64,000 nucleotides of DNA from an uncultured Candidatus Saccharibacteria bacterium (GTDB taxonomy: Bacteria > Patescibacteriota > Andersenbacteria > UBA10190): the NCBI GenBank assembly GCA_964359735.1, contig CAYHTZ010000004.1, positions 409 to 64,408 of the forward strand, written 5' to 3'. This document shows, piece by piece, positions 41,174 to 50,552 of this stretch; position 1 is the stretch's first letter; every line of letters begins with the position of its first letter. The notes below the pieces were generated by a model, which worked only from the letters and a program-made list of their open reading frames with translations, was not told the DNA's origin and ran no database searches. Made by a program: the position numbers and the translations under genes.

Positions 41174-41569
41174 ATGGCAGCTCGACCCAAAGGCAAATAC
41201 GTTGATGGTTTTGTCTTGGTAGTACCTAAGAAGCGGGTGGCTGAGTACCGCAAAATGGCGCAAAAAGCAGCGAAAGTGTGGAAAAAGTATGGAGCGCTGG
41301 ATTATAAGGAGTGCATGGGCGGTGACCTCCGGCCGAAAGGTATGGGAGGACCGAAGCCTCTTTCATTTTTAAAGATGGCCAAAGCTAGGGCGAATGAAAC
41401 GGTCTGGTTTTCTTTCATTGTGTACAAGTCGAAGAAGCACCGCGACGAGGTGAATGCGAAAGTCATGAAGGACCCGGTTATGAACGACCCAAAATGGAAA
41501 AATATGCCCATGCCGTTCGACATGAAGCGCATGGCCTACGGAGGGTTCAAGACAATCGTTGAGGCATAA
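41174..41569 (+). CDS. DUF1428 family protein
   Basis: YVDGFVLVVPKKRVAEYRKMA...VWFSFIVYKSKKHRDEVNAKVMKDP matches DUF1428 along the full length. Confidence 0.7.
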   Translation: MAARPKGKYVDGFVLVVPKKRVAEYRKMAQKAAKVWKKYGALDYKECMGGDLRPKGMGGPKPLSFLKMAKARANETVWFSFIVYKSKKHRDEVNAKVMKDPVMNDPKWKNMPMPFDMKRMAYGGFKTIVEA

Positions 41570-41620
41570 ATGGGTTGGGGGAGAGCACAAAGACTGTTGT
41601 CTATGTGCTAACCTGAGTTT

Positions 41621-42184
41621 GTGAGCAAAAGAGCGATCATAGTTCATTGTTGGAGTGGATATCCTGAGTATTGCTGGTATCCATACGTAAAAAGGGAACT
41701 TGAATCTAGGGATTTCCGGGTGGAAGTACCGGCTTTTCCGGAGACAGACGCACCAAAAGAAAATCTCTGGGTTCCTAAGCTTGCTGAAATTGTAGAGCAG
41801 CCGGATAAGGATCTATATCTCATTGGTCATAGCATTGGTTGTATTACGATTTTGAGATACTTAGAGACTTTGCAGCCCGGTGACAAAATTGGCGGCGCTG
41901 TGATGGTGGCAGGTTTTACGGATGATTTGGGATATGAAGAACTAGCCAACTTCTTTACTAAGCCTATTAACTTTGAAGGGATCAAAAACCATTGCCCGAA
42001 ATTTGTAGGTATATTTTCTGACAACGACCCGTATGTACCACTGAAATTTACTGATGTATATAAGGAAAAACTGGGAGCCGAAATCATTATCAAACACAAC
42101 ATGGGGCATTTTTCTGGGCCGGCCGATAAAGAAGAAAGTTGTGTTGAACTTCCAGATGTGGTGAATGCAGTAAGTTCTTTATGA
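41621..42184 (+). CDS. RBBP9/YdeN-family alpha/beta serine hydrolase
   Basis: IIVHCWSGYPE...LIGHSIGC (nucleophile elbow) at the family length (187 aa). The gene is markedly AT-rich relative to the window. Confidence 0.75.
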   Translation: MSKRAIIVHCWSGYPEYCWYPYVKRELESRDFRVEVPAFPETDAPKENLWVPKLAEIVEQPDKDLYLIGHSIGCITILRYLETLQPGDKIGGAVMVAGFTDDLGYEELANFFTKPINFEGIKNHCPKFVGIFSDNDPYVPLKFTDVYKEKLGAEIIIKHNMGHFSGPADKEESCVELPDVVNAVSSL

Positions 42185-42238
42185 CCCCGAAAATCTTTCT
42201 CAGCATTGCGGGAGCGATTCAAAACTAGCTAGATTCTT

Positions 42239-42532
42239 GTGTCTAGCTATTACATTTACATTTTGCGATGCCGCGACAGCTCGCTGTACACCGGCTGGAC
42301 GAACGACATAAACAAGCGAGTCGCACAACACAACGCAGGGAAGGGGGCCAAATATACTCGCTCGCGACTGCCGGTGACATTGGTTTACCGCGAAGAATTT
42401 TTGTCTCAAGAAAAGGCTATGCGGCGAGAACGCAAGATCAAAATGCTTTCACGCGAGGAAAAGCTTCACTTGGTGACAAAAGATACGAGCTCGTATATCA
42501 TAATGAAACGCGGTCGATTTAAGAAACGGTAG
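42239..42532 (+). CDS. GIY-YIG nuclease family protein
   Basis: [28 protein letters not shown] is the GIY-YIG core. It has a GTG start. Confidence 0.8.
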   Translation: MSSYYIYILRCRDSSLYTGWTNDINKRVAQHNAGKGAKYTRSRLPVTLVYREEFLSQEKAMRRERKIKMLSREEKLHLVTKDTSSYIIMKRGRFKKR

Positions 42533-42573
42533 CTCGTTTCTAAACAATTTCATTGACATAACTCATTAGTATT

Positions 42574-42771
42574 ATGAATGGAACAATCAAAACACTGACG
42601 GATCGAGGGTTTGGGTTCATCTCCCGCGAAGGCGAAGAGAAGGATCTTTTCTTTCACTCCAAGGAATTGCAAGGTGTAACATTCGACGAACTCAAAGTCG
42701 GCGATGCGGTTACCTTTGAAATTACCGAAGGCCCCAAAGGCCCAGCCGCCACCAACGTGGCCCGCGCTTAG
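42574..42771 (+). CDS. cold-shock protein (CspA family)
   Basis: GTIKTLTDRGFGFISREGEEKDLFFH contains the RNP1 (GFGFI) and RNP2 motifs. Confidence 0.9.
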   Translation: MNGTIKTLTDRGFGFISREGEEKDLFFHSKELQGVTFDELKVGDAVTFEITEGPKGPAATNVARA

Positions 42772-42776
42772 AGGAG

Positions 42777-43031
42777 CTAGGAAAGGTGCTGGGAGACCAG
42801 CTTGGTCATTTCGAACATGCTTACCGTCTCTTTGCCGCCGAAGACCTTCTTCAACTTCTCGTCGGCGTTGATGTTGCGCTTGTTTTGGGAATCCTGCAGG
42901 CCGTTTTTCTTGATGTATTCCCACAACTTCTTCACTACTTCTGAACGGGGCATGGGGCCCGGACCGACTACCGCCGCGAGATCAGCGCTGATCGTCATCG
43001 GCTTCATAAACGCTGCATTCGATTTTGCCAT
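42777..43031 (-). CDS. SWIB/MDM2 domain protein
   Basis: ISADLAAVVG...MPRSEVVKKLWEYIKKNGLQD is the typical SWIB pattern; 84 aa. Confidence 0.75.
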   Translation of the reverse strand: MAKSNAAFMKPMTISADLAAVVGPGPMPRSEVVKKLWEYIKKNGLQDSQNKRNINADEKLKKVFGGKETVSMFEMTKLVSQHLS

Positions 43032-43151
43032 ACGTTAAAAATTATTGTTAAATCCCTCTCGCTGATATTCTACCACCTTCTCCCCTAAAATGCGCAATGG
43101 GGAAAACTCTGATCGGTCGCATGGGTGCCGTTGGCACTGAATTAGGCTATT

Positions 43152-44042
43152 ATGGATGGACTTATGCCATCCAGGCTTCAAAAGTTGCTATTGCAGAACC
43201 GGGGAGTAGTGGAGAAACTGGCTCCCGGCATGGCCACTAGTTACTTAGTGGCGAAGAATCCAATCACTCTGAGCGATCTCACGTATGAGACTACGTACGC
43301 GAACTCGTATGCGCTTATTTCCGAGAAAAAGTCCGAGTACTTTCGGAAAGTGATGGGACGCATGCAAGCCTACATTGGCGCAGGGCCCATTGGGCCGAAT
43401 AAGTATTGGGAATACCCATGGATCACCGCCAACCTCCGCTTGGAGAGAGGCATGTCGCTGCTGGATGCCGGCTGCGGCACGTCCGCGTTGCAGTATTTGC
43501 TTTCGCACGCCGGGGTGAGGGTGCACGGCATTGACCCGAACGAAGATGTGGGCTGGCATGGCATTGATAGGCAGCTGGCAAAACGGTTTGAGTGCGACAT
43601 TGAGTACCGTAAAGAGGGGATCGAAAATATTAGCTACGAAGACAATACGTTCGACCGCGTGGTGTGCGCTTCTGTGATAGAACATTGCCGCGCTACACAT
43701 GTAGAAAATGAAGCTATGACGCCGCAGACGGAGGTGGACCGGGCGCTGCAGCGGCGCATGATGGAAGAGATGGTGCGGGTATTGAAGCCCGGCGGGATAT
43801 TGGTCCTGACAACAGATCTTAACATCCCGCGCAACAGTTCTCTTTTGGAAGCAAACGTAAATGTCTACAACCTCATTTCCACCCCGGGGGTGGAAATGGT
43901 GGGTAATAAATGCCCGGAGCCGTTTTACGGCGAGGAAGGATTTTTGGTAGAAAAGGTCATCGCGAACGGCGACATTGATATTTCCAATTACCAAGACGCC
44001 TTGCAAACCTCGCTAGGGGTTACACTGCGAAAAGTTAGCTAA
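43152..44042 (+). CDS. class I SAM-dependent methyltransferase
   Basis: Motif I LLDAGCGTSAL and later VLKPGGILVL. Confidence 0.7.
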   Translation: MDGLMPSRLQKLLLQNRGVVEKLAPGMATSYLVAKNPITLSDLTYETTYANSYALISEKKSEYFRKVMGRMQAYIGAGPIGPNKYWEYPWITANLRLERGMSLLDAGCGTSALQYLLSHAGVRVHGIDPNEDVGWHGIDRQLAKRFECDIEYRKEGIENISYEDNTFDRVVCASVIEHCRATHVENEAMTPQTEVDRALQRRMMEEMVRVLKPGGILVLTTDLNIPRNSSLLEANVNVYNLISTPGVEMVGNKCPEPFYGEEGFLVEKVIANGDIDISNYQDALQTSLGVTLRKVS

Positions 44043-45159
44043 ATAATTCTTGCGGATCGCGCCAAACAGAAAGCTCTTCTATTCTGGGAACATAGCCGCG
44101 TAGGTTGAAGGTAGCACTATTCATGACAGCAAAATGAAGATGTTTTCTCTCTTGGTCGGTTTCCGTGGTGCCACCCTCTCCTAGTATGCCAATCGTATCT
44201 CCGGCTGCGACTTTACTACCCACGCTTAGCAGGCTCGAGGGTTTTAAATGTCCATAAATAGCAGCAACTTTTTCTTTATCTACTTCGTGCTCAATGGCAA
44301 CGACTCCGCCGTACCCTTCTGCTCTGCGGGAGACGCGGACGATGCCGGGTGCGATGGCATGGACAGTGACATCTTCTGCGACGTCGCCATATTCCACGTC
44401 GATACCGGTGTGGTAGCCAGTGAACCGTTCAGGGGAAACGGGAGAGTTCTTGGGCGTAATGTAGATGCCAAATGGTTTTTTCGTGATGCGTTGTTTGAAC
44501 TGCGCGACTGGTTCTATGAGTGACGTATTTCCCTTACTTGTGATTTGAAGCGACTGGAGAAAGTTTTCATAAGTCTCTTCAGAAAGGTCCGGCCGCTTGG
44601 CAATGACGTAAAATATGGACGGATTGCGATCAGAAACACGGATATCGGTCACAATGTGCCGTTCGCTGCGCCAAGAAGGCTGGGAAGGAAAGTCAGCTAC
44701 GCTGGTCTTCTTTTCGATCTCGTAGCGAATGGCAGGGTGGTTGTTTATGGTTAGGGATTCGCGCGAGTGAATTGTCACGGTTGAGAGAGTCAGGAAATCA
44801 TTGGAAGAGAAGTGCCGAATGAATATTTGGGACTTCTCCAAATTGTTTGTACCCGAAACCGCAGGGTCATAGAACAAGATGGATTCAATGGCCGGCACAG
44901 ACTCTGTCTGCCAAGTTTCGGGAATCTCAGCAGAAAACGTGAACTCGCTGGCAGCGCCCTTGATATCCTGGGCCGCGATAGTTTTTGTTGTTTTGGTTGT
45001 CTTGGGCTCAGTAACTTTTGGAATAGGCGAAAAAGATTCTGTACGAGTTACTGGAGGAGAATTTGCATCCGGCGAGGAAGATTGCCGCCCAATAATTACT
45101 GTGCCCACAGCCAGCAGGGCGATAAGGGCGATGATAATGGCTATAAAGCGGGCTGACAT
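44035..45159 (-). CDS. M23 family metallopeptidase, membrane-anchored
   Basis: GYHTGIDVEYGD (HxxxD) and KHLHFAV (HxH), with an N-terminal TM helix. Confidence 0.8.
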   Translation of the reverse strand: MSARFIAIIIALIALLAVGTVIIGRQSSSPDANSPPVTRTESFSPIPKVTEPKTTKTTKTIAAQDIKGAASEFTFSAEIPETWQTESVPAIESILFYDPAVSGTNNLEKSQIFIRHFSSNDFLTLSTVTIHSRESLTINNHPAIRYEIEKKTSVADFPSQPSWRSERHIVTDIRVSDRNPSIFYVIAKRPDLSEETYENFLQSLQITSKGNTSLIEPVAQFKQRITKKPFGIYITPKNSPVSPERFTGYHTGIDVEYGDVAEDVTVHAIAPGIVRVSRRAEGYGGVVAIEHEVDKEKVAAIYGHLKPSSLLSVGSKVAAGDTIGILGEGGTTETDQERKHLHFAVMNSATFNLRGYVPRIEELSVWRDPQELFS

Positions 45160-46235
45160 CAGCCGAACGTGAAGGTAAAGGCTTTGAGGCCAGGGGATTC
45201 CACAATGAGTTCGAGCGTGTGTTCGCCGGCGGTGGGGTTTTGGACCAGGGTGTAAAGTCCGTCTTGTTGAACAGTAATTTCCTGATCGAGCAGCTTGCCA
45301 TCTTGTTTAATTGAAACAGTGACAGGCTTTTCACTTGAAGCAACCATGTATACCTCTTTGGCTTGGTAGCGAAAGATGATAGAGGCCGGACTTGATGTAT
45401 TTTCTGCGTATTCAGGTTGAATGTCCCATTGACCGACCAGAAAAAGCTGATTCAGCGGAGTTTTTTCTGGAGCTGTAAAGGTTTGAGTCCCGCGTGTGCC
45501 TGGGGTGCCATTGCTTAACAGCTCATTGCGCAATGAACCGAAGTACACTTCGGGGCTGCCGACATCAGCGCTGCGAGTGGTAGCACCACTTGGTTGCGCG
45601 AAGTCGCGGATGATCGACTCGCTGGTGCCTAGGTGCTGGGCACGTTCCTCCAAAAGCTCTTGAATCTTCTGTTCGGTTTCCTCATACGCGCCTTCGCCGA
45701 TGTGGTCGTAGACGATGTAGCCATCGATATCGACCAGGTATTTTCTGGGCCAATAGCGGTTGCCGTACGCCTTCCAGGTGGCGTAGTCATTGTCGAGCAC
45801 AACGGGATACTTGATGTTGTACTTGTCCACGGCGGTTTGAACATTTTCCGGCAGCTGCTCAAATTCGAACTCCGGCGTGTGGATGCCGATGATAGTTAAG
45901 CCTCGGTCGTGGTATTTTTCATGCCAGGCGTTGAGATAGGGCAGGGTGCGCTGGCAGTTGATGCAGCTGTACGTCCAGAAATCAACCATGATGACTTGTT
46001 TGCCGACCAGGTCTTGCAGCTTGAGGGGGTCGGTATTGATGAACCCGGAGGGGTTTACAATTTCCTTGGCTTTCTCAAATTTCTGATCTTTTTCATTCAT
46101 GGGCATGTCGCGGGGGGTGAGCTCAGTGACGCTCGTGGCCGCTTCTCGCCCGGGTTTGGATGATTCAAGGTAGTAAATACCGGCGCCGATCAAAAGGAGC
46201 ACTATAACGAGCGTGAGGATCTTCCGAGGTTTCAT
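45159..46235 (-). CDS. TlpA/ResA-like thiol-disulfide oxidoreductase with a C-terminal beta-rich extension (DipZ C-terminal-like)
   Basis: An N-terminal TM helix, then a thioredoxin fold with WTYSCINCQ (CxxC), then about 170 aa of extra beta-rich sequence. A 4-nt overlap with ccdA upstream. Confidence 0.7.
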   Translation of the reverse strand: MKPRKILTLVIVLLLIGAGIYYLESSKPGREAATSVTELTPRDMPMNEKDQKFEKAKEIVNPSGFINTDPLKLQDLVGKQVIMVDFWTYSCINCQRTLPYLNAWHEKYHDRGLTIIGIHTPEFEFEQLPENVQTAVDKYNIKYPVVLDNDYATWKAYGNRYWPRKYLVDIDGYIVYDHIGEGAYEETEQKIQELLEERAQHLGTSESIIRDFAQPSGATTRSADVGSPEVYFGSLRNELLSNGTPGTRGTQTFTAPEKTPLNQLFLVGQWDIQPEYAENTSSPASIIFRYQAKEVYMVASSEKPVTVSIKQDGKLLDQEITVQQDGLYTLVQNPTAGEHTLELIVESPGLKAFTFTFG

Positions 46236-46945
46236 TCCATTTGCAGCAAAACACGGTTGAGCAATTCGAAACTAGCAATGCGGTTCAGAGTTTGCGTGAA
46301 AATGAGGATACCAAGAATGATGAGCAGTACGCCGAAGAAACGGTTGATCCAGACAGCCCAATTGGCGTAGCGGCTAATGAGGCGGGAAGCTTCGGTGGTG
46401 AAGAGCCCCACCAGCAAGAACGGCAGGCCGAAGCCGGCTGAGTAGGAAAGAAGCAGCGTGAAAGCGATGCCGGGTTGGGTGGCAGCGAGCCCTAGGATGG
46501 CGCCCAGCACAGCGCCTACGCATGGAGTCCAGCCGGCAGCAAAGGCGGCGCCGAACACGAAGGAGGTGGCGTAACGGGACTTGAATTTAGATTTGACATT
46601 GAGCTTATGTTCGCGGTCCAAGAAAGGAATCTTAATCAGCCCGACGAGGTAGAGGCCGAACACAATAATGAGTACGCCGCCGATTCGGGAGAGCCAGATT
46701 TGCACGTCGTAGGCTATCGCTGAGAGCAAGGTGTTGAGCAGCACGCCTAAGGCAGCGAAGACTAGGCCGAAGCCGAGTACGAAGAAAATACTATTTAGGA
46801 AGATTTCTTTGCGCTTCGATTTTTCATCGCCGACCGAAGCGCCGGCTAAGTAGGCAAGGTACCCGGGAATGAGCGGCAGAACACAGGGCGAGAGAAAGGA
46901 GACAAGCCCTGCCAGGAAAGAGACAACGAGGGGAATGTTGGTCAT
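46232..46945 (-). CDS. ccdA: cytochrome c-type biogenesis / disulfide-transfer membrane protein CcdA (DsbD beta-domain family)
   Basis: FLAGLVSFLSPCVLPLIPGYL with a second Cys in GWTPCVGAVLG; six TM helices. Confidence 0.85.
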   Translation of the reverse strand: MTNIPLVVSFLAGLVSFLSPCVLPLIPGYLAYLAGASVGDEKSKRKEIFLNSIFFVLGFGLVFAALGVLLNTLLSAIAYDVQIWLSRIGGVLIIVFGLYLVGLIKIPFLDREHKLNVKSKFKSRYATSFVFGAAFAAGWTPCVGAVLGAILGLAATQPGIAFTLLLSYSAGFGLPFLLVGLFTTEASRLISRYANWAVWINRFFGVLLIILGILIFTQTLNRIASFELLNRVLLQME

Positions 46946-46948
46946 TAC

Positions 46949-47554
46949 CTAGGTAGCGCCGTTTATTTCAGTGAGGTATCGCTGCTTATCCCAGGTTTCG
47001 GGGGACTTCAAGATCTGCTGGCCATTTCTGAGAAATACTTTGGTGTGCTGGTAGCCAATACCGTGTTCACGCGCTAAGGCAACTTCGTCTGGATCCGTAT
47101 CGCTGTCGTTATAATTCACCCGAAAGCCAATGGCTTGGTCGGTCGTTAATTCGTTGAAGGCAGATTGCATGACGGGGAACTCCACAGCGCAATTCGGACA
47201 CCAATTAGCATAGAAGTAAAGCACTACCAGTTTGTCGGAGGCTTTGGCCGCCTCAAAGTCGGCTTTGGTGAAATCAAGTAATGGAGATAATTTTCCCGCT
47301 AACATGACACCCGAATGCTGCATCATGCCCGTGACTTCATCTTTCATCATCGCCTCATCCTTCTTCACCATGGTGTCCTCTTCTGTCTTTACCATCATGT
47401 CGTTCTTGGCCATATTGGCGTCCTCCATGGCTTTCTGGGTAGCGGGAGCGCGGGTGGCGAAGTAGTAGGCCACACCAGCACCGATGACGACTGCCGCCAC
47501 GATGATAACAGTAGCGGCAGTGGCGAGGCCGCGCTCAAGGGAAGGGTTCTTCAT
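46949..47554 (-). CDS. membrane-anchored thioredoxin-like protein
   Basis: An N-terminal TM helix and YFYANWCPNC CxxC thioredoxin motif. Confidence 0.7.
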   Translation of the reverse strand: MKNPSLERGLATAATVIIVAAVVIGAGVAYYFATRAPATQKAMEDANMAKNDMMVKTEEDTMVKKDEAMMKDEVTGMMQHSGVMLAGKLSPLLDFTKADFEAAKASDKLVVLYFYANWCPNCAVEFPVMQSAFNELTTDQAIGFRVNYNDSDTDPDEVALAREHGIGYQHTKVFLRNGQQILKSPETWDKQRYLTEINGAT

Positions 47555-47627
47555 AGGTTCTTGTAGTGAAGAGTAAAGATATCCTTAAGTATAAACTGTG
47601 GTAAAAGAATGTAAAGTGAACTTTACA

Positions 47628-47993
47628 TTACAATTTTGTTCTGCCGTAGGCTCGCGCGGCCAGCTTGGCTATGACCATACCGCCCAAGGCCACGGGCAGC
47701 CAAGGATCTAAATTGTGTTGCAACCCCTGCACGGCAATGCCGAGGAGCAGAATACCGGCGCCAACCAAGAAGGCAACGCGGCCAGCGAGGAGGCGGTGAA
47801 GATTCTCGCGTTCGTCCTGGGGCTTTTCTTTCCAGATGAAACTCAGCCAAATCAGCACCAGCACGACAATACCGCACAAGAGTAGCATGGCGGCAGCGGA
47901 GGGCATGTAGAATCCAAATGGATTCAAATGGAATACCAGCAGCACGATGAGTACTACACCGACGATTAATTCTTTGAAGTCGTCATTTTTCAT
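47628..47993 (-). CDS. hypothetical small membrane protein (3 TM), cotranscribed with the XRE regulator
   Basis: 121 aa, three hydrophobic helices. Overlaps the upstream HTH gene by 11 nt. Confidence 0.45.
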   Translation of the reverse strand: MKNDDFKELIVGVVLIVLLVFHLNPFGFYMPSAAAMLLLCGIVVLVLIWLSFIWKEKPQDERENLHRLLAGRVAFLVGAGILLLGIAVQGLQHNLDPWLPVALGGMVIAKLAARAYGRTKL

Positions 47994-48198
47994 AGCTCAT
48001 TTTAAATATATCCTGAACTTCCCGGCGAAAAAACTTGGCGATTTTCATAGCAAGCAGCAGCGAGGGAATGTATTGGCCCTTTTCGATGGCAATGACGGTT
48101 TGCCGCGTTACGCCCACACTATCGGCCAAGGCCTGCTGGGTCAGGCCGGCCTTTTCGCGCAACAGAGAGACCGTATTGAGAATGGTTTCTTTTTTCAT
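47983..48198 (-). CDS. XRE/Cro-family helix-turn-helix transcriptional regulator
   Basis: LREKAGLTQQALADSVGVTRQTVIAIEKG is the canonical HTH_XRE; 71 aa. Confidence 0.8.
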   Translation of the reverse strand: MKKETILNTVSLLREKAGLTQQALADSVGVTRQTVIAIEKGQYIPSLLLAMKIAKFFRREVQDIFKMSYEK

Positions 48199-48290
48199 GA
48201 GGGCAATAGCTCAACCTACTGCACAGTAAGCAGAATGTAAAGTATTCTTTACATAGGTTTGACAGGGTTGTGCTGTCATAGTACACAGAA

Positions 48291-48986
48291 ATGATGAATG
48301 AGCGGGGAGCAATTTTGCCGATAGTGATTGTCCTGGTAGTAGTGGTGGCGGCCATCGGTGGCGCGGCCTGGTATTACTCTCAGAATCGAGCGGTAGTGGC
48401 GCCGGAAACTACACCTACGCCAGTGGTAGGCACTGTCAGCCCGTCTCCTGTTTCTCCTACTCCGGTAGCTCAAGGGAATACGTTTAGTGGGAAGGTTGCC
48501 GACCTTTTGAAACAAGGCCAGAATCTTACCTGCACCTTTCAGCGGGCAGATGCCACAGGCACAATCAGCGGCACGGTGTACGTGGCCGGGGAAGGGCAGC
48601 GACTCAAGGGAGATTTCAACGTGCAGCAATCAGGCAGCACCGGTGTGACGGGACACGTGATGCGCGAAGCGCAAACGATGTATGTGTGGTCGGATCAGCT
48701 TCCCCAGGGAACGAAATTCACCATTGTGGAAGAGTCTCCTGCCCCCGTGGCCAGCGACACCTCGGAGCAGTTTGCGGAGCAAAGTTTCAATTACACGTGT
48801 CTACCATGGGTGGTAGACCAAAGTGTGTTCACGCTTCCTACGGATAAGCAATTTGTGGATGTATCGGCGCAGCTGCAGCCGCTCCAGGGCGCTGCTACGT
48901 CTACCCCCACTGCTCAGCAGTGTGCTTCCTGTAATCAGTTACAAGAACCCGGGAAATCCCAGTGTCTCCAAGCTCTGGGGTGCTAA
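48291..48986 (+). CDS. hypothetical membrane-anchored secreted protein with paired Cys
   Basis: An N-terminal TM helix, a Pro/Thr-rich linker and several Cys pairs (CTF, YTC, CASC, CLQALGC). Confidence 0.4.
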   Translation: MMNERGAILPIVIVLVVVVAAIGGAAWYYSQNRAVVAPETTPTPVVGTVSPSPVSPTPVAQGNTFSGKVADLLKQGQNLTCTFQRADATGTISGTVYVAGEGQRLKGDFNVQQSGSTGVTGHVMREAQTMYVWSDQLPQGTKFTIVEESPAPVASDTSEQFAEQSFNYTCLPWVVDQSVFTLPTDKQFVDVSAQLQPLQGAATSTPTAQQCASCNQLQEPGKSQCLQALGC

Positions 48987-49017
48987 ATCCCTCATTTTGT
49001 GGTAGTATTCTAGGTAG

Positions 49018-49632
49018 ATGAATAATCCTCCTCTTCAACAGCAACCGCGTGTCCCTATTGTTCCGCCGCTAGCTGCAAGAGACCGGCGGTGGTACTGGAT
49101 GAGCATTGGGTTTGTGATCGGTCTGGTAGTAGGCCTTCTCATTGCTTGGCTGTTCTCGGCGTTTCGGGGGGAAGAGGCAGCCCCTGTAGCCACGGGTACC
49201 CCTTCGCCGACACCAACCTCTACTTCAACTCCTCGGCCTACGCCCTCGCCAACTCCGACAGCTACGGTTAACCCGGCTGATTGGACATTCGAAGTACTGA
49301 ACGGTTCGGGCGTGGCGGGAGCGGCGGCTAGAGCAGGGGATGTACTGCGCGAGCGGGGCTATACAGTATCACGGGTGGGAAATGCAGAAGAAACTAACTT
49401 TGAGAAAACTCAACTACTGGTTTCTTCGGAGCGATCTGCTGCCGCGCAGGCGCTGGTCGCAGACCTCAAAGAAGCTGGCTTTCCTGTGACCGAGTTTGAT
49501 GCCACCCTCGACAGCACCGCCGTTACGGCGCGGCTCACGGTTGGCAAGGATTGGACTCCACCGACAACATCGCCTACTACTTCTCCGACAACCTCACCGA
49601 AGGCTTCGCCTACGGCAACGCCGAAACCCTAG
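49018..49632 (+). CDS. LytR C-terminal (LytR_C) domain protein, membrane-anchored
   Basis: A TM helix, a Pro/Thr-rich linker, then WTFEVLNGSGVAGAAARAGDVLRERGYTV...GNAEE typical of LytR_C. Confidence 0.6.
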   Translation: MNNPPLQQQPRVPIVPPLAARDRRWYWMSIGFVIGLVVGLLIAWLFSAFRGEEAAPVATGTPSPTPTSTSTPRPTPSPTPTATVNPADWTFEVLNGSGVAGAAARAGDVLRERGYTVSRVGNAEETNFEKTQLLVSSERSAAAQALVADLKEAGFPVTEFDATLDSTAVTARLTVGKDWTPPTTSPTTSPTTSPKASPTATPKP

Positions 49633-50426
49633 TTAGATACCACACCTTCGTTCTGGTAGGCAGCTGGTAGTTCTTGTCCGAGTGCTCCTTTAATGTCTAC
49701 CTCGACTAACTCGGTACGCTGTTCGCTCGTCCTATCGGGTGGGTTAGGCAAATCAACTTCCAGGGCTGTACCTCCAACTTCTTTGCAGTGATACTTGTGC
49801 GCGGTGGCGGTAAACAGGGGGCTGTACTCAAAGACCTTCACACAGTTCTTGAACGTGCCGGCGGGAACGGCGACGGTTTCAGTGACTGACTCAATGCGAG
49901 CAGCGTCTTCTGCCACACCAGCGTAATATTCTTGTCGGTATTCCAGGCCAGCTTTAGGGTTTCCGGAGAACCAGATGCCGGGCTTCGCGCCGTCTACGCC
50001 GCCTATCCAAGCGCCTTCATGGTCCTTAATTTTTCCGTTTTCATAATTATCAACGTCTTCGCCGAAGTACCAGACATCGCCCGTCATTTTATTTTGTGCC
50101 ACGTAATCGCGTGTGTCTTCCACTATCTCGCCATTTACGTACACGCGGTCCCAATACACCAGTGTTTTCACGCCCATAACGTCCTTGGTCCAGCCGGGCA
50201 CAAGAATTTCAATCCGTTCAGGCCCTTCAGGTGTCTGCGCCTCATACACCATCTTCTTGCCAATCGGTATGGAGAAGTAAGGGTTATCCACAGTGGCGGT
50301 GAAATCGGTCGGGCTAATTTGCGGGTTGTAGTCTGCCACCTCAGCTGGCTTCTTGGCTCGGCCCAGGGCGACTACAAGAATAATTACCCCTACAACTGCA
50401 ATCCCAATCGCGATTTTCTTATTCAT
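49629..50426 (-). CDS. hypothetical membrane-anchored exported protein
   Basis: Start set at the internal Met (MNKKIAIGIAVVGVIILVVALG) preceding the TM helix; the ORF track extends to 50579. Confidence 0.45.
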   Translation of the reverse strand: MNKKIAIGIAVVGVIILVVALGRAKKPAEVADYNPQISPTDFTATVDNPYFSIPIGKKMVYEAQTPEGPERIEILVPGWTKDVMGVKTLVYWDRVYVNGEIVEDTRDYVAQNKMTGDVWYFGEDVDNYENGKIKDHEGAWIGGVDGAKPGIWFSGNPKAGLEYRQEYYAGVAEDAARIESVTETVAVPAGTFKNCVKVFEYSPLFTATAHKYHCKEVGGTALEVDLPNPPDRTSEQRTELVEVDIKGALGQELPAAYQNEGVVSN

Positions 50427-50552
50427 TGTTCCTTTCCAGCATATCACGCTTGCTATACAAGTACATCGCGGCCGCCAACACCGCGACGCCTTCAAGCCGA
50501 AGTAGCCGTTTAACCATACGTTGTTTTGGCGGTCACGATGCCATAGTATCAT

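Noticed and set aside
42553-42573. TTGACA hexamer 16 nt upstream of the cspA start as a promoter
   Set aside because: No -10 element fits at a workable spacing before the ATG; the real promoter is probably further upstream inside the GIY-YIG gene.
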